This document shows, in pieces, positions 8,952-18,139 of a stretch of DNA of 18,452 nucleotides. Within the stretch, counting starts at the first letter, position 1, and each line of letters begins with the position of its first letter. A model generated the notes under the pieces. The model was not told the DNA's origin and did no database searches. It saw nothing but the letters and a program-made list of their open reading frames with translations. The position numbers and the translations under genes were made by a program. This stretch comes from an uncultured Nitrososphaeraceae archaeon. GTDB taxonomy: Archaea > Thermoproteota > Nitrososphaeria > Nitrososphaerales > Nitrososphaeraceae. The stretch covers positions 1 through 18,452 of the forward strand of contig CAVSMN010000003.1 of the NCBI GenBank assembly GCA_963729045.1, written 5' to 3'.

Positions 8952-9428
8952 TTAATTAGTTTCTGACGATTCAGGTCTTTGGATAATTTTGTCCAATATT
9001 TCTTTTACTAAAGTTGATTTCTCCTTTATTGAGCCTTCTCCAACAGGGTACAAGTTGTATTGCTGGTTTAGTAAATCATTACAGCGGTCTAGATCCTTAT
9101 CGTAAACAAATAGCACACTTCTAAGAATACCTATATTCGAATGTTTAATAGGATTCTCCGAGGATCCAATAATGTTACCAATATTTTGTAAATAATAATC
9201 TTTAGTTTTGTTTAATGTCTTTTCAAGTCGTTCAAAGAAATCAATGAGAGCAAAATTATTATTGTTTTCGTGCTCATTTTTGATTTCCCGCTTTAATCTT
9301 TCTCTATAGTATTCAAATGAGCAATGAATTATGTCAGTATACCTCAAATAATTGTTCTTGGGGGTATCAAAAACCACAGTTCTTCCATATGTAAATAAAT
9401 CATATAATGCTTTTCTTGACATGAACAT
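8952..9428 (-). CDS. Hypothetical helical protein
   Basis: 158-codon ORF in AT-rich DNA with protein-like composition; no motif recognised. Confidence 0.55.
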   Translation of the reverse strand: MFMSRKALYDLFTYGRTVVFDTPKNNYLRYTDIIHCSFEYYRERLKREIKNEHENNNNFALIDFFERLEKTLNKTKDYYLQNIGNIIGSSENPIKHSNIGILRSVLFVYDKDLDRCNDLLNQQYNLYPVGEGSIKEKSTLVKEILDKIIQRPESSETN

Positions 9429-10508
9429 CTATTTAATACCAAAATTTTGATAAAACATGAGCTGTGGAATAAGGATGAAAACAATCAGTCAATTACACGT
9501 AGGTCAAAGAGGAAAACAAAGGTGCATTAATGAAACAATGAGACAACTAGATAAAATACATCCTATGGGTAGATAAACCTTGATATATGTTATCCATAGA
9601 AAAATATTCGAGTTGGTCTAAGAATGACATCTTAATCTGATTCGCTTGATTTACTTATATCGGTAGATTTATTTTCAGAGTGAGATCCGTATCAAAGTCT
9701 TTTGCCAGTTCCCTATCGGGGTACACTTAGATACACTAGAATTAGAAGGGTGTTTGTATATTTAATAATCAAACAATCATGCAAAAAAAATAACCTCAAT
9801 ACCACGTAATTTCTATTACATTACCAGAGATCTCTACGTTTTGAACTAAACACAAGTGTATTCCGTCGGGTTTGAATAAATCAAATCCGAAATCATCAAT
9901 TTGTACCAGAACCAAGAATATTTCTATTTTATGTTGGGGAAGAATGAAGTTAAATATGATATTGTATTATGTTCTCTGGTTTCAATGTTTCTAGGATTAT
10001 TTAACATAAACGACCTTATTTTGCATTGTATACTGGAGCTGTCATTATGGGTTGATTTTTGGATTGGAGCAAAAAGAGAGAAAGTCAAAGGGGAAGGTAA
10101 CATGGATCGGGACTCTGAATTGTGATAGGAGGTTCAATGATATTTACATATGTTTCTGCACTAGTTGATCCCAAGTCCACATCGAGGACCACTTCCCAGA
10201 TCGTCACTGGAATAGCATTTCTAGTGGTTAGAATAAAATTAAAAGGCGAGTTATTTGACTATAAGAATTCAGACAGGCCTGAAATAAGAAAGTATTAGAT
10301 TTGAGGACAGCAGCAAGTTTATGTTTTTCCGCAGCAATCGAAATGGCAATAGGTTTTAACTTTTACTTTGTAGCTATAAATTCAATAGCTATTGCAGTAA
10401 TAGTACCTTAAATTCCAAAAATAGGAAAAAGACGTAAGAAGACTTGTGAATAATAAAGAGACAGATGTCATGAGTAAATATAAAATTAAGAGAAATCTAG
10501 ATGTATTT

Positions 10509-11495
10509 TTATTGCATCCAGTCAGATTTTAATTGTCCAGCCATTAAAAAGAGTTTCTCTTTATTTGCAGTCACCTTCTTTTTTATAGATTTTGCTGGTA
10601 CGCCTGCAACAATGTCTTCATCTACAATATCATAAATAACAGAACTGCCTGAACCCACAATAACTTGATCGCCTATTTTTATCTTATTTTTTATGGTACT
10701 ATTTAGCCCTAACCAACAATTATTGCCAATGATAGTACTACCACCTACTATAGTTCCAGCTGTTAGCTCGGTATTTTTTCCAATATTGACATTATGGGCT
10801 ATATGGCATAAAGCATCAATTTTGGTTCCTTGTCCTATAATCGTGTCAGAGAGAGATCCTCGTGCGATAGAGCAATTTGCAAATATTTCTACATCGTTTT
10901 CTATCACCACTTTACCATAATGAGGGAATTTTTCTAGATCTAAAGTATCACATGCTCTTTCAAATGCAAATCCATCAGAACCAATGGTTGTATTTGGTTG
11001 AATAGAACAATTATCTCCTACTTTACAATTTTGCAAATTTGCTTTTGATTCTATTATAGTATTATTACCAATAGAACAATTATCACCGATAACTACGTAG
11101 TCACCAATATAACAATCCCTTCCTATCTTTGCTGAATCGGCTATAACAGAACTTTTGGAAATACCAACCTTAGGCAGAGCATGGGTAATACGCTTTGCAA
11201 GTCTTGTAAATTCAAGTCTAGGATTATCAACAAATATCAATAGTTGTCCGTCCTTGTGATTTGGATATACCAGCCCCTCCATACTTTTTTTACAAAGTAT
11301 CACACCAGCGTTTGATTGTGAAATAGAGAGCATGCCTCTGTATTCCTCAGATGAACAAAATGAAACATCATCTCCTGTTCCAGTATGCAATGATGACACA
11401 TTTCTTATTGATTTTGAGGTAGATTTTTGTCCTTGAATTGTATAATCTGAATCGGTTATGTGCTGTAATAGTGATTCAACGGTCCATTGAACCAT
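10509..11495 (-). CDS. lpxD: LpxD-like left-handed beta-helix acyltransferase
   Basis: LpxD-type N-terminal domain (DVSF...AGVILC...VDNPRLEF), hexapeptide repeats, IGSDGFAF, PHYGKVVIENDVEIFAN..I.RG...DTIIG.GTKID..CHIAHNV.IG with the catalytic-His region, and GVPAK at the end. Confidence 0.85.
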   Translation of the reverse strand: MVQWTVESLLQHITDSDYTIQGQKSTSKSIRNVSSLHTGTGDDVSFCSSEEYRGMLSISQSNAGVILCKKSMEGLVYPNHKDGQLLIFVDNPRLEFTRLAKRITHALPKVGISKSSVIADSAKIGRDCYIGDYVVIGDNCSIGNNTIIESKANLQNCKVGDNCSIQPNTTIGSDGFAFERACDTLDLEKFPHYGKVVIENDVEIFANCSIARGSLSDTIIGQGTKIDALCHIAHNVNIGKNTELTAGTIVGGSTIIGNNCWLGLNSTIKNKIKIGDQVIVGSGSSVIYDIVDEDIVAGVPAKSIKKKVTANKEKLFLMAGQLKSDWMQ

Positions 11496-11834
11496 ACCGA
11501 GTTTATTTTTCTTTTTAATATAATTGTTTTCTATAATATCGTATTAGAGAAATGATAGTACAAATTCAGAAATGATAATTTTACTGATGGCTAAATTGCA
11601 CAAAAGTCTGTGTTAATTAAATCCATCGAACAATCAGTTGGGATTAAGAAAAGTTAAGCAATCAATTCAACGGCCGACAATTATTATCTTGCGAATGCAA
11701 AATTAGAATTCAGAAATTTAATAGGATTTTGAGATATTAATAAACAATTCTCTAAAAATTTCAACAAAAAGTTTAATGGGTGACTATATTTCTAGCACAA
11801 CATGTATTTGTAATAATATTCAAATATACATCGT

Positions 11835-12056
11835 TTAATCTAATAATTTAATCGTAACGGGTCCTCCGCTGAGAGATTTTTGTTCCAAACGGATAATTGA
11901 TCGCTTTCCACGATACATAACATAGGTTTCAAACTCCTTTTCTCCATATTCAAATTTGACCTTTTTATTCAACCACTCTTTAGGTACCACGGCAGTGAGT
12001 CCCAGCCCCGGTACTTGTCTAAAATGGGTCTTGCAGGTCATATTATCTTGAAACAC
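11835..12056 (-). CDS. Small basic beta-rich hypothetical protein (possibly AbrB-like)
   Basis: 73-aa ORF with GLTAVVPKEWLNKKVKF, reminiscent of swapped-hairpin VPKEW motifs; GTG start; imperfect inverted repeat just downstream (11802-11831). Confidence 0.6.
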   Translation of the reverse strand: MFQDNMTCKTHFRQVPGLGLTAVVPKEWLNKKVKFEYGEKEFETYVMYRGKRSIIRLEQKSLSGGPVTIKLLD

Positions 12057-12475
12057 ATTATATGATATGGTTAAAAGATAAAAAACTTATTCAACGAATG
12101 TTATTATATTATATGTTTTAAGTTTTGTGTGTAAAATACCAAGTTAAACTTTGATTGGAAACATTTTCCATTTTTCATCAAAAATAGAAAAACGTTAAGA
12201 GCTTTTCGTGCTTTATCATGTAAATATTAAGATCATTGATACTTGTGAATTAGAAAATCAGAGCAGAAGAGTGGAAGTTTGTTTCTATTAGACCTATCCA
12301 AGTCCAAGTCCAAAATCGTATGTTCTTACTCTAATCGAGTTTGATAATACTTACAATACCGCGAATAAAAGCAACATTAATAATCCTGGGTTCTAAGGGT
12401 TATTCAATCCAAAAAATGGTTCATTAATCTTTCGTATATGAAATCAATGGTAATAAAGACCATTTTATACCAATG

Positions 12476-12483
12476 TTTATATA
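12476..12483 (+). promoter_or_regulatory. TATA box (TTTATATA)
   Basis: Consensus match ending 22 nt before the ATG at 12506, consistent with a leaderless or short-leader transcript. Confidence 0.6.
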
Positions 12484-12505
12484 AGACGATGGATAACTAT
12501 GAATA

Positions 12506-13096
12506 ATGTCAAAACAAGATAAAAAAGAAACATCTACCTCTACAACCAGTTCAACTACAAAAGATAATATAGATCAAGCAGTTCAAATCAATACTGAAAT
12601 TTTCAATCGAGCTGTAGAAGAAAACACACAATCTCTAAATCAGGTATTTGAAGAGTCCAAAAAAAATATTGAAAGAAACATTACCGAAGCAAAAAATCAG
12701 ATCCCTTTGTACACAAAATCAATAAATGAGGTTCAAGAGCAAGCAGTTCAAGCTACAAGAGATATGGCAGAAAACTACCTTGACTATCAAAAACAAACCA
12801 TTGATTCCTTCCAATCTATTGTAACACCATATTTTGAAAATGCAAATAACCAGTTATGGAACAACCAAGATATATTTAGAAGATATCCAGAAATTTATTC
12901 AAAAATAGCCAATAATTGTGCAGAAAATACAGTAGCTATTACCCGAGTAATGAACAATATTGCATTTTCAAACGTTGAAATAGTAAAAACAGTAATCAAC
13001 AACACAAAAGAACAATCAAAGCAATTTGCAGAAATAGGAAAGAGAAACGCAAGAGTTTACGAATCTTTTGAAAGAGATAACAGAAACAGCCTTTAA
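12506..13096 (+). CDS. Amphipathic all-helical protein, phasin-like
   Basis: Q/N/E-rich amphipathic helices (INEVQEQAVQATRDMAENYLDYQKQTIDSFQS); no signal peptide. The family call rests on pattern recall only. Confidence 0.6.
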   Translation: MSKQDKKETSTSTTSSTTKDNIDQAVQINTEIFNRAVEENTQSLNQVFEESKKNIERNITEAKNQIPLYTKSINEVQEQAVQATRDMAENYLDYQKQTIDSFQSIVTPYFENANNQLWNNQDIFRRYPEIYSKIANNCAENTVAITRVMNNIAFSNVEIVKTVINNTKEQSKQFAEIGKRNARVYESFERDNRNSL

Positions 13097-13105
13097 ATAA
13101 AATCC

Positions 13106-13152
13106 AACTTTTGACTACAATTTGAGTCAAGAGTTTTTCATTTACTTTTTTT
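13106..13152 (+). terminator. Hairpin plus T-tracts after the phasin-like gene
   Basis: aacttttgact-acaatttg-agtcaagagtt inverted repeat (one G-U pair) followed by T runs. Confidence 0.5.
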
Positions 13153-14564
13153 AGCTAACTAATTTTCTATAGCATAAAGATAACATTTAGCAACAAGTGT
13201 CTAGCAGAATAATCTGATTTATCCAATTTCCAGTATTTCTATGAAACTGTATTAAAGGTCTCGTTGTATAGGGTTTAAAGGGTAAATCAACTTTTCTCGT
13301 ATCTCACTTGCCTTGATTTTAATAAAACTATAGATTTAGATTTTGTTTGATATTTGGACAAACCAGGCTTTTTGTTAAGTCAAGTTCAGTTATGTTGTGT
13401 CGCTATTATGGATGCCATTGTATCTGGTTTATTGTTGATAGAATAATTTAGATAGACGATAACTTAGATTAGATCTCCAATAAAACTAGTAAATGCTAGA
13501 TATCAAAAGGGAAAAGACTACTCGTTCATTTATTAATTTGCAAGAATATGATATTAATTAATAAAGTTTGGTAGCATCTCAGATATTATGCAAAATAGTA
13601 GGATAAATGACCATCATCATCGTTTTCCTATTCTACCTATTTGGTTGATGTTTTAGCAATAGTTATCAATGATCAGTCACCATTTTTGTCACTTATTTCT
13701 AAAGACATGGGTACGCCGTTGGGAGGAACATCCATCTCATTTTTTTCACTTCCTTCATAATAGGGATGAGCATAAAATAAACAATCACAACCATTGTTCT
13801 TATTACATAACGGTTCTTAATTGCATCTTCTGTAATAGTTTCGACTTTTGTAATCCCACACCTATCTATTTCATACATTAACATTAAGATAGTAACACCT
13901 ATCTTACCACAATTAATAGTTATAATGATTATAGGTTTTGTTATAGTGAGTTTATAAATATCAAAAGAGGTAACCAAAAAATAAATTATTCTCTGATTTA
14001 ATTCTTTAAAAAATAAACCCAATCAAGATAGAAAATGTGTTCAGCCATGATACGTTATGCATTTAATAGAAATAATAAGTCCATACAATGATTAGACATT
14101 AAACATAATTTGTAGACAGTATCATGCTACACTCCTGAAGAGTGGTCAAAAGGAAAAATCAATACGGTGTATGTGTTTAGTTTAGTGTTATCATCAAATA
14201 AACGCTTACTCTCGATCCAACTTAATTTGTGATTTTCAGTGAATATCAATATGTAAAAATATTTGGTTTGATTAAGAACCTTTAGTCTTTTTTCATCGAC
14301 TGTCGATTTCTAATGTTGCATATCGATCATCATAGTAAAGCGACTCAATCAAGAATACTTGATTGAAAAGAATTTATTTTCAGATTTTTCATACTAGACT
14401 ATAGTAATAAACACCGTGGCCTCAGTTAAAGTATCAAACCAACGATAGAATCAGTAAGAGATATCTAAAATATAAGGTTTTCAATCTTAAAGTACACAAG
14501 AATTTTATAGTTTTTAGCTTGAAAAGTCAGATATCTAAAGTTCATCGCAATAATAATGATTTAA

Positions 14565-14834
14565 ATGTCTACGATAACTAGAACACCAATAATTATTGCA
14601 GTGCTTGCTATTGCATCATTATTTGTCGCTGGCCCAGTATCAATGAGCATGGATGAATTAAATGTTTACGCTAATAAGAAATCAGACGCCGCATCACAAG
14701 GTCTATCACAGGGTGAATTGTCTGAACAATCCAGTGAAGTATTTTCAGAGAATGGAACCAGTACTGCTTCAGGTAATAACGTTGATTTATCATTTAACCT
14801 AAATGACGGCCAAAACGCATTAGGTCAACAATAA
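14565..14834 (+). CDS. Secreted single-module member of the Q/N-rich GQQ family (Cys-free variant)
   Basis: Signal peptide ending NVYA|N; module DAASQGLSQGELSEQSSEVFSENGTSTASGNNVDLSFNLNDGQNALGQQ-stop; T-tract at 14841-14846. Confidence 0.85.
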   Translation: MSTITRTPIIIAVLAIASLFVAGPVSMSMDELNVYANKKSDAASQGLSQGELSEQSSEVFSENGTSTASGNNVDLSFNLNDGQNALGQQ

Positions 14835-15340
14835 ACTTTATTTTTTCTAAATCCTTGATATACGATTTTCCTACAACACGATATCTAAATATCATCCTAA
14901 ATGCTACAAAATACTTCTAAATACGATTGTTTCAATTTATCAAATTACACGATAATAATATTTTAAGATAACAGTTCCTATATGTAAGGAAATGTAATAG
15001 TAACAAATCAGTTCAGGGCTTAATTCACCGTTCCACTCATTTAATTAAAAGATCGGTAAATGGAACGATCGGTTTGAAATCTAAGTCAGAGACAAGAAAC
15101 ATGATTCTCCAATTGATTATAGTAATAAGAGGTAGTATGTTTCTGGATCTCGTCGCAGAACCTACAGTAACGTTTGATGAACAACTAGGAATTCATTTAA
15201 ATGATAAAGCCAAGTCTCTAGTCAGGTTATAAATAAATATTCTGTAAAATTATTCTAAATTTATCGGATAGAACTAAATATGCTAAAGATCTTAAAAAAT
15301 TATTATATCTTATAATTTATGTATAGAAATTAATACTAAA

Positions 15341-15871
15341 ATGTTTAGGTCAAATAATACAAAATCTACCACAGTATTAATTGTAGTAGCACTAGCAACA
15401 GTAATGATAATGGGTCCATCAAATATCAAACGTGGGTGATGTATTTGCAAAACAAAAATACAACGATTGGGATGATTGTAGAGACGATCACAGTAAGAAC
15501 TGGTGCAAGAAATATTTCAAACATCATGACAATGACGATGATAATGATGGAAATAGAGCATCACAAGGTATTGGTCAAAGCCAATCCTCAGAGTCAAAAC
15601 AGCCAAGTAGTTTCTGGCGGAGATTCAAAAGGCTCAGGAAACAACTTTAGCTTCCAAAACCAAGAAAATTCTGGAAATAACGCATTAGCACAAGATTCGG
15701 CGGTGATGATGACGATGATGATGGAAATAGAGCATCACAAGGTATTGGTCAAAGCCAATCCTCAAGTCAAAACAGCCAAGTAGTTTCTGGCGGAGATTCA
15801 TAGATTCAGGAAACAACTTTAGCTTCCAAAACCAAGAAAATTCTGGAAATAACGCATTAGGCCAACAATAA
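15341..15871 (+). CDS. Secreted two-module member of the GQQ family, broken by four frameshifts
   Basis: ATG 15341 MFRSNNTKSTTVLIVVALATVMIMGPS, shift near 15422, ISNVGDVFA|KQKYNDWDDCRDDHSKNWCKKYFKHHDNDDDND, then two copies of GNRASQGIGQSQSSSQNSQVVSGGDSxxSGNNFSFQNQENSGNNAL(A/G)Q with shifts near 15591, 15698 and 15801. Ends GQQ-TAA at 15869-15871, then T8 at 15875-15882. Confidence 0.75.
15533..15860 (+). repeat. Near-identical direct repeat x2, period 174 bp
   Basis: ggaaatagagcatcacaaggtattggtcaaagcc starts at 15549 and again at 15723. Confidence 0.95.
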
Positions 15872-15996
15872 ATCTTTTTTTTGAGTAGATTTAATTATAT
15901 CGAAGAAGGTCAAACATCCCCCACAATCTAACATAGCATTTAGGACTTTATCACTATCAAACATGTTAAAATATAGTAGTTGTCATTAGAGTATAG

Positions 15997-16317
15997 TTGA
16001 AGATATCAGAATTATGTGAAATGATTGAAGAATCATTTCGTTCGGGAAAATATCCTTTAACACAAGAAACTGAAAAACGAATGTCAAAACTTGTCAAAGT
16101 GATAAATAGATCATCTTCAGAAGACATGAAAGGAGATAACATAATCATTGAAACCAGGATCAGTGATTTTTTTGTTATGAATAATTATGTGGCAGAGATC
16201 ACACATTTACCAGGAATGATAGAAATGGATACGCTAGATTCTTTTAAGATGCTTAGTAGACGCATTGACAGAGCTAAGAACGATGTAAATAACATCACCA
16301 TTAAAAAAATTAAGTAA
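15997..16317 (+). CDS. Hypothetical protein
   Basis: 106-aa ORF with TTG start and globular composition; T-tract downstream. Confidence 0.65.
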   Translation: MKISELCEMIEESFRSGKYPLTQETEKRMSKLVKVINRSSSEDMKGDNIIIETRISDFFVMNNYVAEITHLPGMIEMDTLDSFKMLSRRIDRAKNDVNNITIKKIK

Positions 16318-16565
16318 TAACTTTACTACATACCAGCAAAATTTTTATTTCTATATACGAGAGAATCTTTGAATTAGACCAAAGTTACATGTTAATTGCA
16401 ATACACGAAATCCCAATAAGCTTTTAATGTATTTATAACCTGATTTTCAGACTGTTGAATATCAAAAAATGTTTAAGGAGTATTCATGGCATAAACCATA
16501 AAAAATTACAAATTTGACAACAATAGTTAAAGTCAGATTTAAGAAAAAGTAGTAAAAAAAATTTT

Positions 16566-16838
16566 CTAATTAATTATGGTTTTATAATTTCTGGTTGGAG
16601 TCGCAAGTAATTCTTCGATTTCACTATTCATCTTTAAGAAAATTAGTCCCTTTTGGGTGGTTTTATATTCCGATCCTTCTATATATTCAATTAAATCATT
16701 TTCTATAAGAACAGAGAGATATTCTTTAAGTTGTGCGTAGCTCAGAAAAGCTTTGTACATTATTTTAGTTTTAGTAGCGCCACCATTGGCTGCTTCAAGA
16801 ATCATAGCTACAATTTCGGTGCGGCTTCTGTATTTCAT
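16566..16838 (-). CDS. Archaeal winged helix-turn-helix transcription regulator (HTH_45-like)
   Basis: MKYRSRTEIVAMILEAANGGATKTKIMYKAFLSYAQLKEYLSVLIENDLIEY...YKTTQKG is the typical pattern. The ATG at 16838 is preferred, with TTATATA at 16862-16868. Confidence 0.9.
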   Translation of the reverse strand: MKYRSRTEIVAMILEAANGGATKTKIMYKAFLSYAQLKEYLSVLIENDLIEYIEGSEYKTTQKGLIFLKMNSEIEELLATPTRNYKTIIN

Positions 16839-17219
16839 ATTAATATATATAACATCACTAGTATATAACCGTCTACAAATTAGAGCCAATATCGCTTAGA
16901 ACTTTACGAGCGTTTATGCCATTTGCCAAAAAAAATACGGCTAATTACACAGGAGATGGTTGAAACAATTCAACTTGTCTAAATATTTAAGAGCTAATGA
17001 AATTGACGACAAATAGGAAATATTGAGACACAATTTCATATAATAAAAGATGCAATATTTCTATAAATATCGCGGGTTCATATTTTATCATAATTACATA
17101 AAATGACATTGTCAACCACCTATTCCCTCAAAAATCAGTCATTTAGAACAGTCCACTATTCAAATACTTTAAGATATACAAAATATAGCATAAGATCTAA
17201 AAGTGGAGTGAAAGCATAG

Positions 17220-17699
17220 TTGAGATACTCTAACGAATACGAAAAAAATGGTAATGAGGAGGAGGATTGTATTATAAGACCTCAAGTCAAAATAGTCAAC
17301 TGCCCCATCAAAACAAGCCTCGGAGTCTTAGGCAAGAAGTGGACCATGCTAATAATAAGAGACATTGGTTTTCTAAAGATCAGGAGATTTAATAGAATAT
17401 TAGAATCAATTCCAGGACTAACACCAAGAGTGTTATCCATGCGCTTAAAGGAGTTGGAAAGGGAAGGTATCATAAAATGCAAGGAAGTGAGAAAAGACCA
17501 AGTAATGATATTATGGAGTTTGACCGAAAAGGGAGAAGACATCTTACCCATTTTACTTTTGTTAACGGCTTTTGGGTCGAAATGGTATCCTGAATTTGTT
17601 TTTGAGGACAAAAAGCCAAGGAGATTAGACGAAGTCTTTTTTCAACCTGAAACAAGACAGAGGATACTTGAATATAACAAAAGGTTCAGACTAAGGTAA
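17220..17699 (+). CDS. HxlR-family winged-helix transcription regulator
   Basis: CPIKTSLGVLGKKWTMLIIRD...RRFN.I...IPGLTPRVLS.RLKELEREGII...SLTEKG..ILPIL; N-terminal CP Cys as in thiol-sensing HxlR/DUF24 members. Confidence 0.9.
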   Translation: MRYSNEYEKNGNEEEDCIIRPQVKIVNCPIKTSLGVLGKKWTMLIIRDIGFLKIRRFNRILESIPGLTPRVLSMRLKELEREGIIKCKEVRKDQVMILWSLTEKGEDILPILLLLTAFGSKWYPEFVFEDKKPRRLDEVFFQPETRQRILEYNKRFRLR

Positions 17700-17857
17700 T
17701 ACTGAAAGAAACTAACAAAAAACTAGAATCAACGTAATCTTGTTATAAAATAACTAATATAAACTAATATAGTAACTTAATACCGTCATGATATTCTAAT
17801 AAAAAAAACTAGTAACAAGTATCCAAACTATGATATAATTAATTTCAGTTATACTTT

Positions 17858-18139
17858 ATGATTATAATGAGTAACATAACAAAAAACTATAAAGTAGGAA
17901 TTTTTGCAATGTTTATTGCAGCAGCCTTAATTGGTTCAGTTGTAGCCCTTGGTGATAACATGGCATATGCAGGCGGAAAACACAAGAAATCTAATGATGC
18001 AGAGCAAGCAATTGAACAAGGCCAAGCAAGCGAACAGAATGCACAATGTGTATCTGGAGACTTTTCATTAATATGTGGAAATAACGTAAACTTGCAATTA
18101 CAAGACCAATTAGGCAATTTGGCATTAGGCCAACAATAA
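17858..18139 (+). CDS. Secreted single-module member of the GQQ family (Cys-pair variant)
   Basis: Signal peptide ending MAYA|G; module NDAEQAIEQGQASEQNAQCVSGDFSLICGNNVNLQLQDQLGNLALGQQ-stop; T8 at 18142-18149. The start may be the ATG at 17867. Confidence 0.85.
   Translation: MIIMSNITKNYKVGIFAMFIAAALIGSVVALGDNMAYAGGKHKKSNDAEQAIEQGQASEQNAQCVSGDFSLICGNNVNLQLQDQLGNLALGQQ

Noticed and set aside
9901..10125. 74-aa ORF
   Set aside because: TTG start and no recognisable features; it cannot be supported.
15101..15232. 43-codon ORF MILQLIIVIRGSMFLDLVAEPTV... between two GQQ genes
   Set aside because: Too short, with no motif or clear promoter to support it.
15432..15783. Two separate overlapping ORFs (15432-15650 and 15436-15783)
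   Set aside because: Each holds only part of the module; they are frameshifted pieces of one gene spanning 15341-15871.
14565..18139. Direct assignment as csgA, fapC or chaplin, or as RiPP precursors
   Set aside because: Module length and spacing differ from those families (only CGNNVN recalls chaplins), and no dedicated secretion or modification genes are nearby. Treated as an analogy only.
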